Origin: an uncultured archaeon
GTDB taxonomy: Archaea > Asgardarchaeota > Thorarchaeia > Thorarchaeales > Thorarchaeaceae
DNA: 42,226 nt
Reading direction: 5' to 3'
Assembly (NCBI GenBank): GCA_964473825.1
Contig: CAYYQL010000022.1
Coordinates: 1 to 42,226, forward strand
The position numbers and the translations under genes are program-made. Below are positions 9,613 to 19,522 of the stretch, piece after piece (positions within the stretch are counted from its first letter, which is position 1; the number at the start of each line of letters is the position of its first letter). The notes under the pieces were generated by a model. The model saw only the letters and a program-made list of their open reading frames with translations. It searched no databases and was not told the DNA's origin.

Positions 9613-9765
9613 CTGATGATAACATCCTACTCAAAGTGCTTAAGTGCTGAGATACCGTCCAAGAAAGTAAAAGAGCTGGACCAGCGCACCATTCGTCGAT
9701 CTATTACTTGGATAAGCGAAAACACATTTAGGGATAGATACTGGGGAGATGTTGAGGATAAGACA

Positions 9766-10461
9766 ATGAGAATCACCCCGGATAAGATGCATAAGCTAGA
9801 CGGGAAAATCTGCTTCATCTGCGGGCATTACCTTCTGAACAACACAGACGCAGACCTAGCGTATGTTCCTGTCCACACAGGCGAGTCAATTCGAGCTAAA
9901 CCTGACAGGTATTACATCTTCGAATGCCCGAACTGCGGGATGATGGGTCACAAGAGGTGTTGGTATGATGTTGGCGAAAAGAGGGTGCGGGGCGGATTCC
10001 TTAATCTCTTCACGAGGGGGTGGAAGCTATCGTGTCCAAATTGCAGACATGTTCTTGCTCCACTTAGAGAAGATAGAGATGATTGGGAGAAAGGCTATCA
10101 GATCCCCGGTCACCCTGATGAAGAGCTGTACGAACTCCGAACGAAGGAGGTCTTGGCTTACAAAGCCGGTTCTTTGTTTGGAAAGGTAGGGGCGGCTATT
10201 AATGGTTTCTTCAAGGCTGTTGGACTCAGCAGCCTGACAAGCTCGGAGACCAATGCGGTTGTGAGAGCTGCCAATCGGATAGGTAAGACGATCAAGGATG
10301 TCGCTGAGAGAGTTTTCAGGCTTGAGATACCTGCTGAGCAACGTTCAGAAATCCAAGACCTCAAGTGTCAGAACTGTGGTGCACCACTACCGATGCCTGG
10401 ACGTTTTGAAGAAGCAGTTGTCTGTGAGCATTGCGGCACTGCACATCTGCTTCCCACGTAG
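9766..10461 (+). CDS. Multi-zinc-finger protein (C4HC3 PHD/RINGv-like finger plus C-terminal zinc ribbon)
   Basis: CFIC...CPNC-x4-H-x2-C...CPNC, then CQNCGAPL...CEHCGT. ATG 9766 preferred over 9616. Confidence 0.65.
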   Translation: MRITPDKMHKLDGKICFICGHYLLNNTDADLAYVPVHTGESIRAKPDRYYIFECPNCGMMGHKRCWYDVGEKRVRGGFLNLFTRGWKLSCPNCRHVLAPLREDRDDWEKGYQIPGHPDEELYELRTKEVLAYKAGSLFGKVGAAINGFFKAVGLSSLTSSETNAVVRAANRIGKTIKDVAERVFRLEIPAEQRSEIQDLKCQNCGAPLPMPGRFEEAVVCEHCGTAHLLPT

Positions 10462-10534
10462 CCGCCTAGACCACCCTAGAATCAATTATATACTCGCGAA
10501 GAAAGAACAAGCAAAAGCAGACTAACAGGAGGAT

Positions 10535-10846
10535 TTGCTTGCCTTGCCAGTATACCTTGAATTCAACGAATCAGACTCCCAGTTCCACCAGAGTACCAGG
10601 GATGCAAGCCCTGACTCGATAGTTCTGGTGATTGATGATAGCCAGAAGAAACTGTTGATGACCGTGCCGTCGCGTGTGGGGATGATCACTCGACGTGCTG
10701 CTGAACGTCAGGCGAGAGGAATAATCAAGTCGGGATTCCTCTGTAATGACGGTGGTCGGTATGGACGAAATCATGAGCTAGAAATCCTTGGAGAGGGCGG
10801 AAGACTGCCTGAAAGGCTGCGTCAGAGCCCTCGTGAAGTCTACTGA
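10535..10846 (+). CDS. Small hypothetical protein, possibly a divergent single gelsolin-like domain
   Basis: AGGAGGA RBS and TTG start. The segment SIVLVIDDSQKKLLM...RRAAERQARGI...ILGEG follows the gelsolin strand-strand-helix pattern but lacks WxG. Confidence 0.5.
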   Translation: MLALPVYLEFNESDSQFHQSTRDASPDSIVLVIDDSQKKLLMTVPSRVGMITRRAAERQARGIIKSGFLCNDGGRYGRNHELEILGEGGRLPERLRQSPREVY

Positions 10847-10863
10847 AACTAACAGACCACATG

Positions 10864-10884
10864 GAGCCCCTCGGGGCTCTCTTT
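10864..10884 (+). terminator. Terminator-like hairpin
   Basis: GAGCCC-CTCG-GGGCTC followed by TCTTT, downstream of stop 10846. Confidence 0.55.
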
Positions 10885-11055
10885 AATCATCTTGCTCCTG
10901 CATATCTATATAGGGGTTGTTATTGGCAGAGAATCTCTCAGTCCACAACATTTTTGACCCCGTGAGTTACTTGTATCGTAGGGAATACAGTCGTTCTATT
11001 AACAATGGTTAATATTATAAGCCTCTGATTTCCTGAATTTCGAGGTGTTAAGTAT

Positions 11056-11736
11056 ATGTTTGAGTGTTGTGGGTTGAAGTTCAGCCAGATCAAAGGAAAG
11101 AGTGTCATAGACGCTGATGGAAAGAAGATTGGCCGCACCGTGGATTTCGTTGTCACTTTTACAGATGATGGTTGGTTTGAAATGAAGTCAGTGATCTTGG
11201 GCGGTGGTCGAGTTGAGGAGCTGCTCGAATCCTTGGGGGTTAAGCCAGACATCGACCCAGTCTTTCAGCTTGATTGCATCAGTCAAATAGATGAGGATTA
11301 TGTCCAACTTGCTGTTGCCGGTGATACTCTAGACAACACATTGGACGACGGCGTCATAGGAGAGGGGGATATCAAGATGTCCGAACTCTCAAGAATCAAG
11401 GTTACTGATGCCGACGGTTTCAAGATAGGAAATGCGATTGATATCTGGTTTGATGCCAGTGGTGAACTATGGCTTCTTCTTGGTGGTGGATTTGTAGAGG
11501 AAACCCTTGAAAAACTGAAAGCCCAACCTGACATAGACCTTCTTGTCCCAAGAGATGCTCTCAGGAGCATGTCCAGGGGTGAGATTTGTCTGAAATGGAC
11601 TCGATTCCAGCTCGAATCAAATGCTCAAGATGAGTATGAGAAATACAAACGGCAGATTCTTTCGCAACACAGACCCGGAGATGCGAAATACACACAGCTG
11701 AGGCTGTTCCCCGGTCCATCTGGCGGGCCAATATAA
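11056..11736 (+). CDS. Tandem PRC-barrel domain protein
   Basis: Two internal repeats: VIDADGKKIG..VD / VTDADGFKIG..ID and LGGGRVEE..PDID / LGGGFVEE..PDID. Confidence 0.8.
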   Translation: MFECCGLKFSQIKGKSVIDADGKKIGRTVDFVVTFTDDGWFEMKSVILGGGRVEELLESLGVKPDIDPVFQLDCISQIDEDYVQLAVAGDTLDNTLDDGVIGEGDIKMSELSRIKVTDADGFKIGNAIDIWFDASGELWLLLGGGFVEETLEKLKAQPDIDLLVPRDALRSMSRGEICLKWTRFQLESNAQDEYEKYKRQILSQHRPGDAKYTQLRLFPGPSGGPI

Positions 11737-11901
11737 CTTCAGATTATGACAACGGTACTGGTCTTGAAGTACCGCCTTTCCGTTCTCGCGGCACCAACTC
11801 GTATCTCACGGTGAGGAAAAGGTGCGTCCAGAATATCCCTAAATAGTATTCCCGTGATAATACATTGCCCCACCTTCGATGCTTAGAGGGAGCATCAGGA
11901 G

Positions 11902-12495
11902 ATGCATAGATCCGGCGGAAAGCAGTTCAAGATATCTCTCATAGGCGATCCTTTTGTCGGGAAAACCAGCATTAGAAGGAGCTATCTCGGCAAAGTCTTC
12001 AAAACATCATACATTCCCACCATAGGTGTAGATTTTGCGCGGAAGTCGGTCATGGTTGATGAAACACCTGTGCATCTTGTGATCTGGGACATCGCGGGAC
12101 AGCCCCTTTACGAGAATCTTCGCAAGCGTTACTATGAAGGATGCAAAGGCCTCATTGTTGTGTACTCTGTGGTGAACCAAGATTCATTTGACCATATAGA
12201 AGATTGGTTGGTTCAGGCACAAGGGTTCATGGGGAAGCTCCCACCTCTCCTTATCATCGGCAACAAGACTGACCTGAGGCTGGATCGCTCTTCCGGAGAG
12301 GTAGTTAGTACTCAAGAAGGGCAGGACTTCTCAAGGATTATCAGGGAACGACTGAGAACCAAGACTCTGTTTATCGAGACTTCTGCTCTCACAGGACACA
12401 ACATCGATGAGGCATTCAAAGCTCTCGTGGGAATGATGCTAGAGCAGGCCGGTCAAGGGTCGCAGGATGCCAAGAAGCCTAGCTTCGACCTTTAG
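11902..12495 (+). CDS. Rab/Ras-like small GTPase (eukaryotic signature protein)
   Basis: G1 GDPFVGKTS, G2 YIPTIGVDF, G3 WDIAGQ, G4 NKTD and G5 ETSA. No C-terminal prenylation Cys. Confidence 0.93.
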   Translation: MHRSGGKQFKISLIGDPFVGKTSIRRSYLGKVFKTSYIPTIGVDFARKSVMVDETPVHLVIWDIAGQPLYENLRKRYYEGCKGLIVVYSVVNQDSFDHIEDWLVQAQGFMGKLPPLLIIGNKTDLRLDRSSGEVVSTQEGQDFSRIIRERLRTKTLFIETSALTGHNIDEAFKALVGMMLEQAGQGSQDAKKPSFDL

Positions 12496-12552
12496 CGCAT
12501 TATCTCCGACTGACGAAATACCAACAAGTTCGGGCGTGGTATATCCACTGAC

Positions 12553-13203
12553 GTGACGGGCAAGGGCGTCATCATCGTACTGTTTCTGTGTATGACGGCG
12601 AGTATGCCAGTTCTGACTCATCACCGTTCAAACTCCTCGCCGCATGTGTGGAGTCAAGCATCAAATGGCCCAAGGATTGAATGGTATGACATTCCTGAGA
12701 ACGGTACACTTGCATTCGCATGGGACGGAGCCTGCACTGGACAGACAGAAGAGGTCTGGACCCACAGACACTGGGTAAATAACTCAGATGGGGTGGATTC
12801 TGTCATTTTCAGGTACAGATGGTTCTCGGAGAGTGAATGGAGGAACAAGACGGCCACAAAGATCCAGGGTAATGAAACGAGAGGGCTCTATGAGTCCAAC
12901 TTCACGTATGCGGTCTGGTGGAACTATGGAACTGGCCGTCCGGAGACCGAGGGCTCAGGAGGAAATTTCTACTATAAAGTCTGGGCTAACGCCACCGTGG
13001 TCAATTGGAATGAAGTGCCGGAGGTGTGTTACATGGGCGGCTATATGTACGTTAAGCCTCCTCCAGAGGTCGGATTATGGTCTATTCTTGAAGCGCTCTT
13101 TCTCACTCTTGTCATTGCCGGGGGCATTGTAGGTCTTGCCGTCCTTGTCGAAGCATACGTAAGGATGAGGCCTGGTCAACAGAACCCTGACACCGCACCC
13201 TGA
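12553..13203 (+). CDS. Hypothetical exported protein with C-terminal TM helix
   Basis: N-terminal hydrophobic signal, Trp/Tyr-rich extracellular part with sequons, and a C-terminal hydrophobic helix. Confidence 0.6.
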   Translation: MTGKGVIIVLFLCMTASMPVLTHHRSNSSPHVWSQASNGPRIEWYDIPENGTLAFAWDGACTGQTEEVWTHRHWVNNSDGVDSVIFRYRWFSESEWRNKTATKIQGNETRGLYESNFTYAVWWNYGTGRPETEGSGGNFYYKVWANATVVNWNEVPEVCYMGGYMYVKPPPEVGLWSILEALFLTLVIAGGIVGLAVLVEAYVRMRPGQQNPDTAP

Positions 13204-13292
13204 AATCCTGAAACCACGAAGCAGATGAGCGAGCTGTCACAGTCTATACTGGAACCGTGGAAGCCCAAGATGGTCAATCATGTAAGGAAACT

Positions 13293-15479
13293 CTATTTCC
13301 AAGCTTCGTCGCTTCGCGGCAGAGTGTCTTCGGGTGGTTCGGAGTCCTCAAGTTTCTTGACAATCTCTACGACTTCAGGGATCCAATCTAGACCTAGTTT
13401 CTCTACATGCTCTAGAGTAGGTGCACCGTTCCGTGTCCAACCGCGACGTTTGTAGACTGCATCAGTCAGGAGTTTGTACTGCTCCTCCCTGAACTCGCGC
13501 AATTTGGCAACCTTTTCGGCAGTACTCATCCCAGAGCAATCGACTTCACACTTCTTCTCTAGTTCCGCATCATACCTATCCTGCCGACTCTCGTACTCCC
13601 ACTCTGTAACAGGTCCAACGCTTCTATATGGCGGATTTGAATCGTGGAGTCTGAGGCCCTTGCCCTGACGGATATTGAATATCCGCTGAAAGTTGTAGAC
13701 TCTCTCGGACTGGGTGATGAGTTCAGCGGGATCCACTTCCTTGCCTGTCACAGACGTGAAGAACCTCGCATAGAACTCAAGGTGTTTGGGAACTTTCGCT
13801 GGTTCATCTGTTTCCTTGTTGTCAGCCGGTACGACATCGTTCCACGGCAACTTGCATAATCCGTTCAATGCAAACCACGTTCGCCACATGGGAAACCAGT
13901 GCAATGCTTCAGCCTTGTCCTCGAAGGTGGGCATGTAGTTGTGGACCATATCGAGAAATATGAGCCACGCCTCGTCGTGTTGAGGTCCTTTCAATGTCAG
14001 TCCGTAGCCACCCTGCTGCGCAAGACTCTCCTTCGTCACATATTCGCTGTACTCGAGACCCTTGTGCTCCATGCCAATATCCTGCATGACCTGTTCGTCC
14101 ACACCGAAATTCTCAGCAAAGTAGCCCTTCAGATATCGAATACCCTTACCGAAGTGTTTGCCAAAGCCCTCTCCTGTTGAGATCTCGTGGAGTACAGCCA
14201 TTGCTTCTTCAGCTGCACCCCAATACAGCTTGTGTCCGCCCGTGGCAGATTCATCAATGTATCCCTCTTCAAAGAGCTCCATAACAAAGGCCATAGTAGT
14301 ACCGAAACTGATTGTGTCAATTCCATAGGTGTCACAGTAGAAGTTGATCTCTGCCACCCAGTGTGGGTCGAAGACGCCTATGTTTGAGCCGCAGCCGGCA
14401 ATGGTCTCATATTCTGGTCCGTCAACGACGACCTTCTTGCCCTTGTACTCACCGGTCTTTGGGACAAATCCCTCGATGCAATGTGAGCAGTTGATGGCGC
14501 AAGCTCTCCAACACCCGTCCCAGCCCTTGCCCTCATTGGTGAAGATGTCTTGCCAGACATCACCGGAGAGGTTCTTTGCCTCAGGGTCGCTTCCGGTTCT
14601 GAAGTTGCGGGTTGGAAATAGATCGAATTCATCCATGATTGAGGGAAGATGGGCTGTGCCAATATCTCGCATGCGATTCTGTTTCGAGTCCAGTTCCAGA
14701 ATCTCTTTGGAGTGGGTGCGACCAACATCACGCAGCGAATCTGGGTCTGCAGAGCCGTTCATGTCAAGCGTAATTTTGTTGAGCTTGGCAACGAGGGCTT
14801 TGATCTTCTTGTTCCGAAAGACTGTTCCACAACCGCCTCTGCCAGCCTGCTTGTATCGAGGCAGATTACGGCGCATATCCCACCACGAGAAGTTCAGACA
14901 CCCCATGTATGCATGCTCAGCGCCAGAACCAGCAGCAACCACTGAGATATCCTTGCCGTCCTTCTCTGTGTGTCTATCGCTGAGAATCCGTGTAATCTCA
15001 TAAGCATCTGACGGCAAGTCAGTTGCATCGTGGATCTCTATGATGCCTTTGTCCCCGTCGATGAAGACGTAAATGTCTTCGTCTGCCTTGCCGTGTATGG
15101 CCATAGCATCAAACCCAGCAAACTTCAGATTGGGGCCAAAATAGCCCCCAACGTTGCTGTCGATTGGTATGCCTGTCTCCGGCGATATGGTGGTCACGAT
15201 AGATTTGCCTGCACCCGGATAGAGTGATACTCCTCCGAGAGGGCCGCACGCGATACAGAGAACATTCTCAGGTTCGTCCCATTTCACTATCCGGTCTTTG
15301 GGCATATTCTCCCACATGAGCCAGAGATCAAATCCCTTGCCACCCGTGAAGGTTTCTTTCACATTCTCTTCAACAGGCCTGATCTCTATCCTATTGTCCT
15401 CCAAGTTGATATAGAGCGTCTGATTGGAATAGCCTCTCTGCAACTTGGGAATGTCGTACGTAAATTCCTTGAGTGCCAA
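13293..15479 (-). CDS. Tungsten-dependent aldehyde:ferredoxin oxidoreductase family protein
   Basis: GGKG, SPETG..DSNVGG, KFAGFDA, AGRGGCG, CWRACAINC, DGPEYET and CDTYGIDTIS. Confidence 0.95.
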   Translation of the reverse strand: MALKEFTYDIPKLQRGYSNQTLYINLEDNRIEIRPVEENVKETFTGGKGFDLWLMWENMPKDRIVKWDEPENVLCIACGPLGGVSLYPGAGKSIVTTISPETGIPIDSNVGGYFGPNLKFAGFDAMAIHGKADEDIYVFIDGDKGIIEIHDATDLPSDAYEITRILSDRHTEKDGKDISVVAAGSGAEHAYMGCLNFSWWDMRRNLPRYKQAGRGGCGTVFRNKKIKALVAKLNKITLDMNGSADPDSLRDVGRTHSKEILELDSKQNRMRDIGTAHLPSIMDEFDLFPTRNFRTGSDPEAKNLSGDVWQDIFTNEGKGWDGCWRACAINCSHCIEGFVPKTGEYKGKKVVVDGPEYETIAGCGSNIGVFDPHWVAEINFYCDTYGIDTISFGTTMAFVMELFEEGYIDESATGGHKLYWGAAEEAMAVLHEISTGEGFGKHFGKGIRYLKGYFAENFGVDEQVMQDIGMEHKGLEYSEYVTKESLAQQGGYGLTLKGPQHDEAWLIFLDMVHNYMPTFEDKAEALHWFPMWRTWFALNGLCKLPWNDVVPADNKETDEPAKVPKHLEFYARFFTSVTGKEVDPAELITQSERVYNFQRIFNIRQGKGLRLHDSNPPYRSVGPVTEWEYESRQDRYDAELEKKCEVDCSGMSTAEKVAKLREFREEQYKLLTDAVYKRRGWTRNGAPTLEHVEKLGLDWIPEVVEIVKKLEDSEPPEDTLPRSDEAWK

Positions 15480-15603
15480 CTGATATCACCATCAATGGGA
15501 TTTCACAGTATATTCTGAATCCCGTCGTGCGTGATTGGTCTCAGCCGATATATCAGTCTTAAGTTAGGCGACATGTCGAATGCTGCCAGTCGATTCTGTC
15601 CTT

Positions 15604-16500
15604 TCAGACAATAGCCACCCAGATACCAAGCAGGGTCAATATAGTTCCTACCGCAATCTTCGTGTTGATACTCTCTTCTAGGATGACAATTGAAAAGGGA
15701 ATGGCAAATAGAGGCCCAGTCGACCCAATAATGGAGCCAACAGTGGCCCCGATCAGTTTGATCGATGCAACGTACATGAGAGATCCGATAGCGTAGCCAA
15801 AAACAGAGACTGCTGCGATGTATTTCACTGCACGCGGTGGTGGACGTTGGCCCGTACGCCGCCTCTCAACAAGGAAGAGCGGTATCATGATAAAGCTACC
15901 GGCTAGCATTCTGACGTACGCCGCGTCGATGGGATTGACAGTCTCCACGCCAATCTGCATGTTCACTGTTGCTATTGCATAGAAAAGTGATGCGATTACA
16001 GCCAGTCCAACTCCGATTCTGTCAGCATTAATTATCCCTTCTTCTGGAGTGTCTTCGTCAGTAACTCGACTCCGAGAGATCAGCGTGATTCCACTGACGG
16101 TGAGGAGTGCTCCAATGAGCTTGAATGGGATGAATGCCTCGCCAAGGAACACAATCGTGATTGCGTAGGTGAACAGCGGGTATGTCATTGCGATGGGGAA
16201 TGCAATTGAAACTCCCACTCTCTTCTGGCTAGTGAAGTAGATGACTTCACCAAGGGTTCCACCGAAAGTCACCGATAGTACTAGGGGCAAGACAGCGGTA
16301 GCAGGAATGAATAGGACGTCAGGCCGCAGAGGCAGAATTGCTATGGACGTCATTACTAGAAGAGATGCCCAAAGCTTGATTGAGTTGGCGAAGACGGGTT
16401 CTGTTGTTGCACTATGATACTTCACGACTACATTCTGGATTGCCAAGAAGATGTTGCTGAGAATGCCAAGTACTACCCCAACAATCAATCCGCTTATCAA
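15604..16500 (-). CDS. DMT/EamA family transporter
   Basis: About 10 TM helices in two repeats, with GVSIAFPI..YPLF and GATVG..GPLF. Confidence 0.88.
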   Translation of the reverse strand: MISGLIVGVVLGILSNIFLAIQNVVVKYHSATTEPVFANSIKLWASLLVMTSIAILPLRPDVLFIPATAVLPLVLSVTFGGTLGEVIYFTSQKRVGVSIAFPIAMTYPLFTYAITIVFLGEAFIPFKLIGALLTVSGITLISRSRVTDEDTPEEGIINADRIGVGLAVIASLFYAIATVNMQIGVETVNPIDAAYVRMLAGSFIMIPLFLVERRRTGQRPPPRAVKYIAAVSVFGYAIGSLMYVASIKLIGATVGSIIGSTGPLFAIPFSIVILEESINTKIAVGTILTLLGIWVAIV

Positions 16501-16569
16501 TTCATTAGTCGTCTCCTAGGCCAGGTTTATGTGGCTACTGGCGAAGACTGCTCGCCTCGGTCATAAGGC

Positions 16570-17010
16570 TTACAGTACAGGACAGCGGGATATGGTGTTA
16601 GTGATTCCATGCAACGACCTACAGAAGAATCCTATCACGACCATTGCGACAGCGGTATCTGATACTATTGCTATGACGACGATATGCTGCGTAAGAGTCA
16701 GACCCAGCAGGAACTGCAGAGCGGAGATGTTCATGATGAGGGCGAATCCGATAAATCCCGCAAGATAAGGTCGATCCACAACACACCATTTGTAGAATGA
16801 CCCCGATTCTCTGACTGCATATCTTCCGACAAAGCGGCGAAGCTCAGAAGGATTTGAGGCTTCCACTAGTATCTGGTCATCATGGTCCTCGCGGAGTGTA
16901 GGTTCCCTCTTAGTTGACTGGGAATCGTAGACATCGACAACAACTTGCCTTTCCAGATTCGCCCCATCCAGAATCGCACGGGCTATGCCCCCTGCAAACT
17001 CGTGATCCAT
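16570..17010 (-). pseudogene. Truncated paralog of the membrane protein at 17351-18742
   Basis: VEASNPSELRRFVGRYAV..FYKWCVVDRPYL aligns with VRASHPAVVRQLVGRYVV..LYKWYVADRPYL. Covers only the N-terminal third. Confidence 0.6.
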
Positions 17011-17156
17011 CTTGTTTCATCCCACTTCAGTTTGCGCTGCATCAGAGTAATTGCTGTCACCTCGTAGTAGAAGAATGAACATGTTAGTCTTTCTCCGTCA
17101 GTTGGAGAGCTCGGTCAGTACTATCAGCCTGTGGATGGACGCGCGTTGATCGCTCA

Positions 17157-17234
17157 TTAGTTTGAGTAGAGCTTCCGACTGGACGAACCTCTCTCCAACT
17201 CGGGTATGTCATAAGCGAGTTTCTTGAGTGTCAA
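17157..17234 (-). pseudogene. Remnant of the AOR 5' end
   Basis: Translates as MTLKKLAYDIPELERGSSSRKLYSN*, compared with AOR MALKEFTYDIPKLQRGYSNQTLYIN. The upstream CAACTGATATCACCAT is identical in both copies. Confidence 0.8.
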
Positions 17235-17350
17235 CTGATATCACCATAAAGGGAACTCCGCAGTCCATGCGTTGGGTCCCATCGTGTGTGATCGCAGGCA
17301 ATAGAACAGTTCCAAGTTGGGCGACATGTCGGTCGGTGCCGGTAGGTGGT

Positions 17351-18742
17351 TCATAAGACCCAGAGCGCCAGGACTTCTATACATATTGCAGCAAAGACGT
17401 ATGCCAGAAGCATCGCCACATCAATGCGGATGGCGTCCCCGAGTGCGTTCTCATAGTAGTAATCTCGATCGAAATCAGCCATATGGTCTGACTCGTTCAG
17501 TAATCTTCGAAGGACCTGCTGACTCTCACGGTGAAGGGCTATGTTGAGCCTTGTTGTGTAACCCAAAACAATCCCTCCCAGTATGAGGAGGACATGCATC
17601 AAGTGCTCTCCCAGAGTTGCACCCACTATGGCAACAACCATGATGTACATAATGAGAAAGAAGAGATTGAAGATGACCAGAAGCCTTCGTCTAAGACCAA
17701 CTTGGCTAAACATCGGAGTGGCAAGTCTTCGAAGCTTGGCGACCGTTAGACGTTTCGCCTCTTCAAAACCCATGTCATGTATTTCGAACATCAGTCTTGA
17801 TTCCTCTTCGTAGTAGGTGAACCATCTGCATTGAGGGAATCTGGTCCTTCTGAATACAACCCCAAGGTCTTCAGCAGTGCATTCGGTTTCTTCTTGAAAC
17901 AGGTCTTGGAGTTGCAGTGTTGCAATCTCCTTGGTTATCAATGACTTGAGCTCACGAGCTATCTCTTTCTCTTCATGTGTCAACTCTCGCAGTTCGTCTT
18001 CCTCATCTCCGATTTCGGCCCAGCAAGGATTGTGACCAATAGCCCTGCCCTGACCAACAAAGATTGAGGGAATGGACACAAGCAAAGACAAGAAGAAAAT
18101 GATGGGCGGATATGAAGTGAAGTCAAGCATGAGAACAGCAGGCCTTAGAATGAGCAGCATGAGAGCGACGAAAGCGAGGAAGGGCCAAGCAATCTGTGAT
18201 GGGCTATTAGTCACTTCATAACGGTCGTCGTCGAATTCAGTCAGACCGCCAAGCTGGCTTAGCTGTTCGATCAGACCCCTTCGCCATTTTGTATGCCTGA
18301 TGGCTATGGCATAGGAGAGCACCACGAGAATGCCTCCAATGCTAATATCTGCCACTATGGACAGACCCAGTAAGTAATGAGGAAGAGCCGCACCCAGCAG
18401 TAAATGAATGATGGAGATTGTTGCGATGCCAACGAATCCTATCAAAACCACCAGATAAGGTCGATCCGCAACATACCATTTGTAGAGAGGCCATCTCTTC
18501 TTGACAACATATCTTCCCACTAACTGGCGGACCACTGCGGGATGGGAGGCTCTTACAACCAATTTATTGGGTGATATCTCGCGAATCGAAGGGGTTCTCT
18601 TGATTTCTGGAAGGCTATGGACGTCCACTGAAATCGTCCGCTCTAGATTCCCTTTGGTCAGTATCTCCCGTGCCATTCTCTCTGATTCAGACATGTCCAT
18701 CTCACGCACCATGCTATGGAAAAGCGGATCGACTCGTAGCAC
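17351..18742 (-). CDS. Hypothetical multi-pass membrane protein
   Basis: Long ORF with about 7 hydrophobic segments. The true start is probably near 18694-18700. Confidence 0.7.
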   Translation of the reverse strand: MLRVDPLFHSMVREMDMSESERMAREILTKGNLERTISVDVHSLPEIKRTPSIREISPNKLVVRASHPAVVRQLVGRYVVKKRWPLYKWYVADRPYLVVLIGFVGIATISIIHLLLGAALPHYLLGLSIVADISIGGILVVLSYAIAIRHTKWRRGLIEQLSQLGGLTEFDDDRYEVTNSPSQIAWPFLAFVALMLLILRPAVLMLDFTSYPPIIFFLSLLVSIPSIFVGQGRAIGHNPCWAEIGDEEDELRELTHEEKEIARELKSLITKEIATLQLQDLFQEETECTAEDLGVVFRRTRFPQCRWFTYYEEESRLMFEIHDMGFEEAKRLTVAKLRRLATPMFSQVGLRRRLLVIFNLFFLIMYIMVVAIVGATLGEHLMHVLLILGGIVLGYTTRLNIALHRESQQVLRRLLNESDHMADFDRDYYYENALGDAIRIDVAMLLAYVFAAICIEVLALWVL

Positions 18743-18940
18743 CTAGAACAGACCTAACGCCATAAGCAGCATGAAGAATATGAACGATACAGGCTCAAAG
18801 ACTAGATACAAGATATTCAAGGGACCTTCCAGACCCCCAGGCTCGATTGGGATGATGCTCTGCCATCGCAGGACTGACCAGACTAGTCCGACTAACAAGT
18901 AAATCATGACTATGATACCGACTTTCTTGGCTATACCCAT
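18743..18940 (-). CDS. Small two-TM membrane protein
   Basis: GGAGG RBS before ATG 18940 (MGIAKKVG...), followed by two hydrophobic helices. Confidence 0.65.
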   Translation of the reverse strand: MGIAKKVGIIVMIYLLVGLVWSVLRWQSIIPIEPGGLEGPLNILYLVFEPVSFIFFMLLMALGLF

Positions 18941-19013
18941 GAGGGTTCCTCCGTTTGTCCCTCTGGTAGAACACAAATTCAGATAAATTGTTCTTGTCTG
19001 TCCGTTGCGAGTT

Positions 19014-19288
19014 TCATCCGCCGCCTGCAAAGATGCTTACAATATCAGACTGCTCACCGTCATCGATGAGTATGTCTAGCCCCTGCATTCAATGAATGGA
19101 CACGACATTCACACTGACAAGAAGATCGCCGTTCATCTCTCCCTTCTCTGGGTCGTACATTTACGATTTGAAGATGTGCTATCACCCATTACATCGATTG
19201 GGTTGGTGGACCCATAGGTTACGACCTGATGATTTCTGAGGTCGGCGATGTACTTGAGCGTGTATATCAATTCTAACTCACTCGACAT
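19014..19288 (-). pseudogene. MoaD/ThiS/SAMP ubiquitin-like sulfur-carrier pseudogene
   Basis: Reads FKS*MYDPEKGEMNGDLLVSVNVVSIH*MQGLDILIDDGEQSDIVSIFAGGG*, with in-frame stops at 19161-19163 and 19089-19091. The N-terminal part is in another frame. Confidence 0.65.
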
Positions 19289-19522
19289 TTACGTACACGC
19301 CAGTCGGTATGACCATGAAGTCTCTGTGTTCAGATCAGAATCAATGCTGAAACCCGAGAAGTCATCTTGCGTGCGTATTGTTAACTATAAAAGGGACTTT
19401 GCACATTCAAGTGTGTCTGGTGTTGTATCGACGCTTTGCTTTCAGTTACCTAGATGATTCCATAAATCGTTACATTTCTTTGGATGACATTCAGAATGCA
19501 TGCCTCTAATTCAAAGGCAATT

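Noticed and set aside
14344-15003. Long antisense ORFs (here and opposite the aro and ECF genes)
   Set aside because: These are shadow frames of well-supported genes and contain no motifs.
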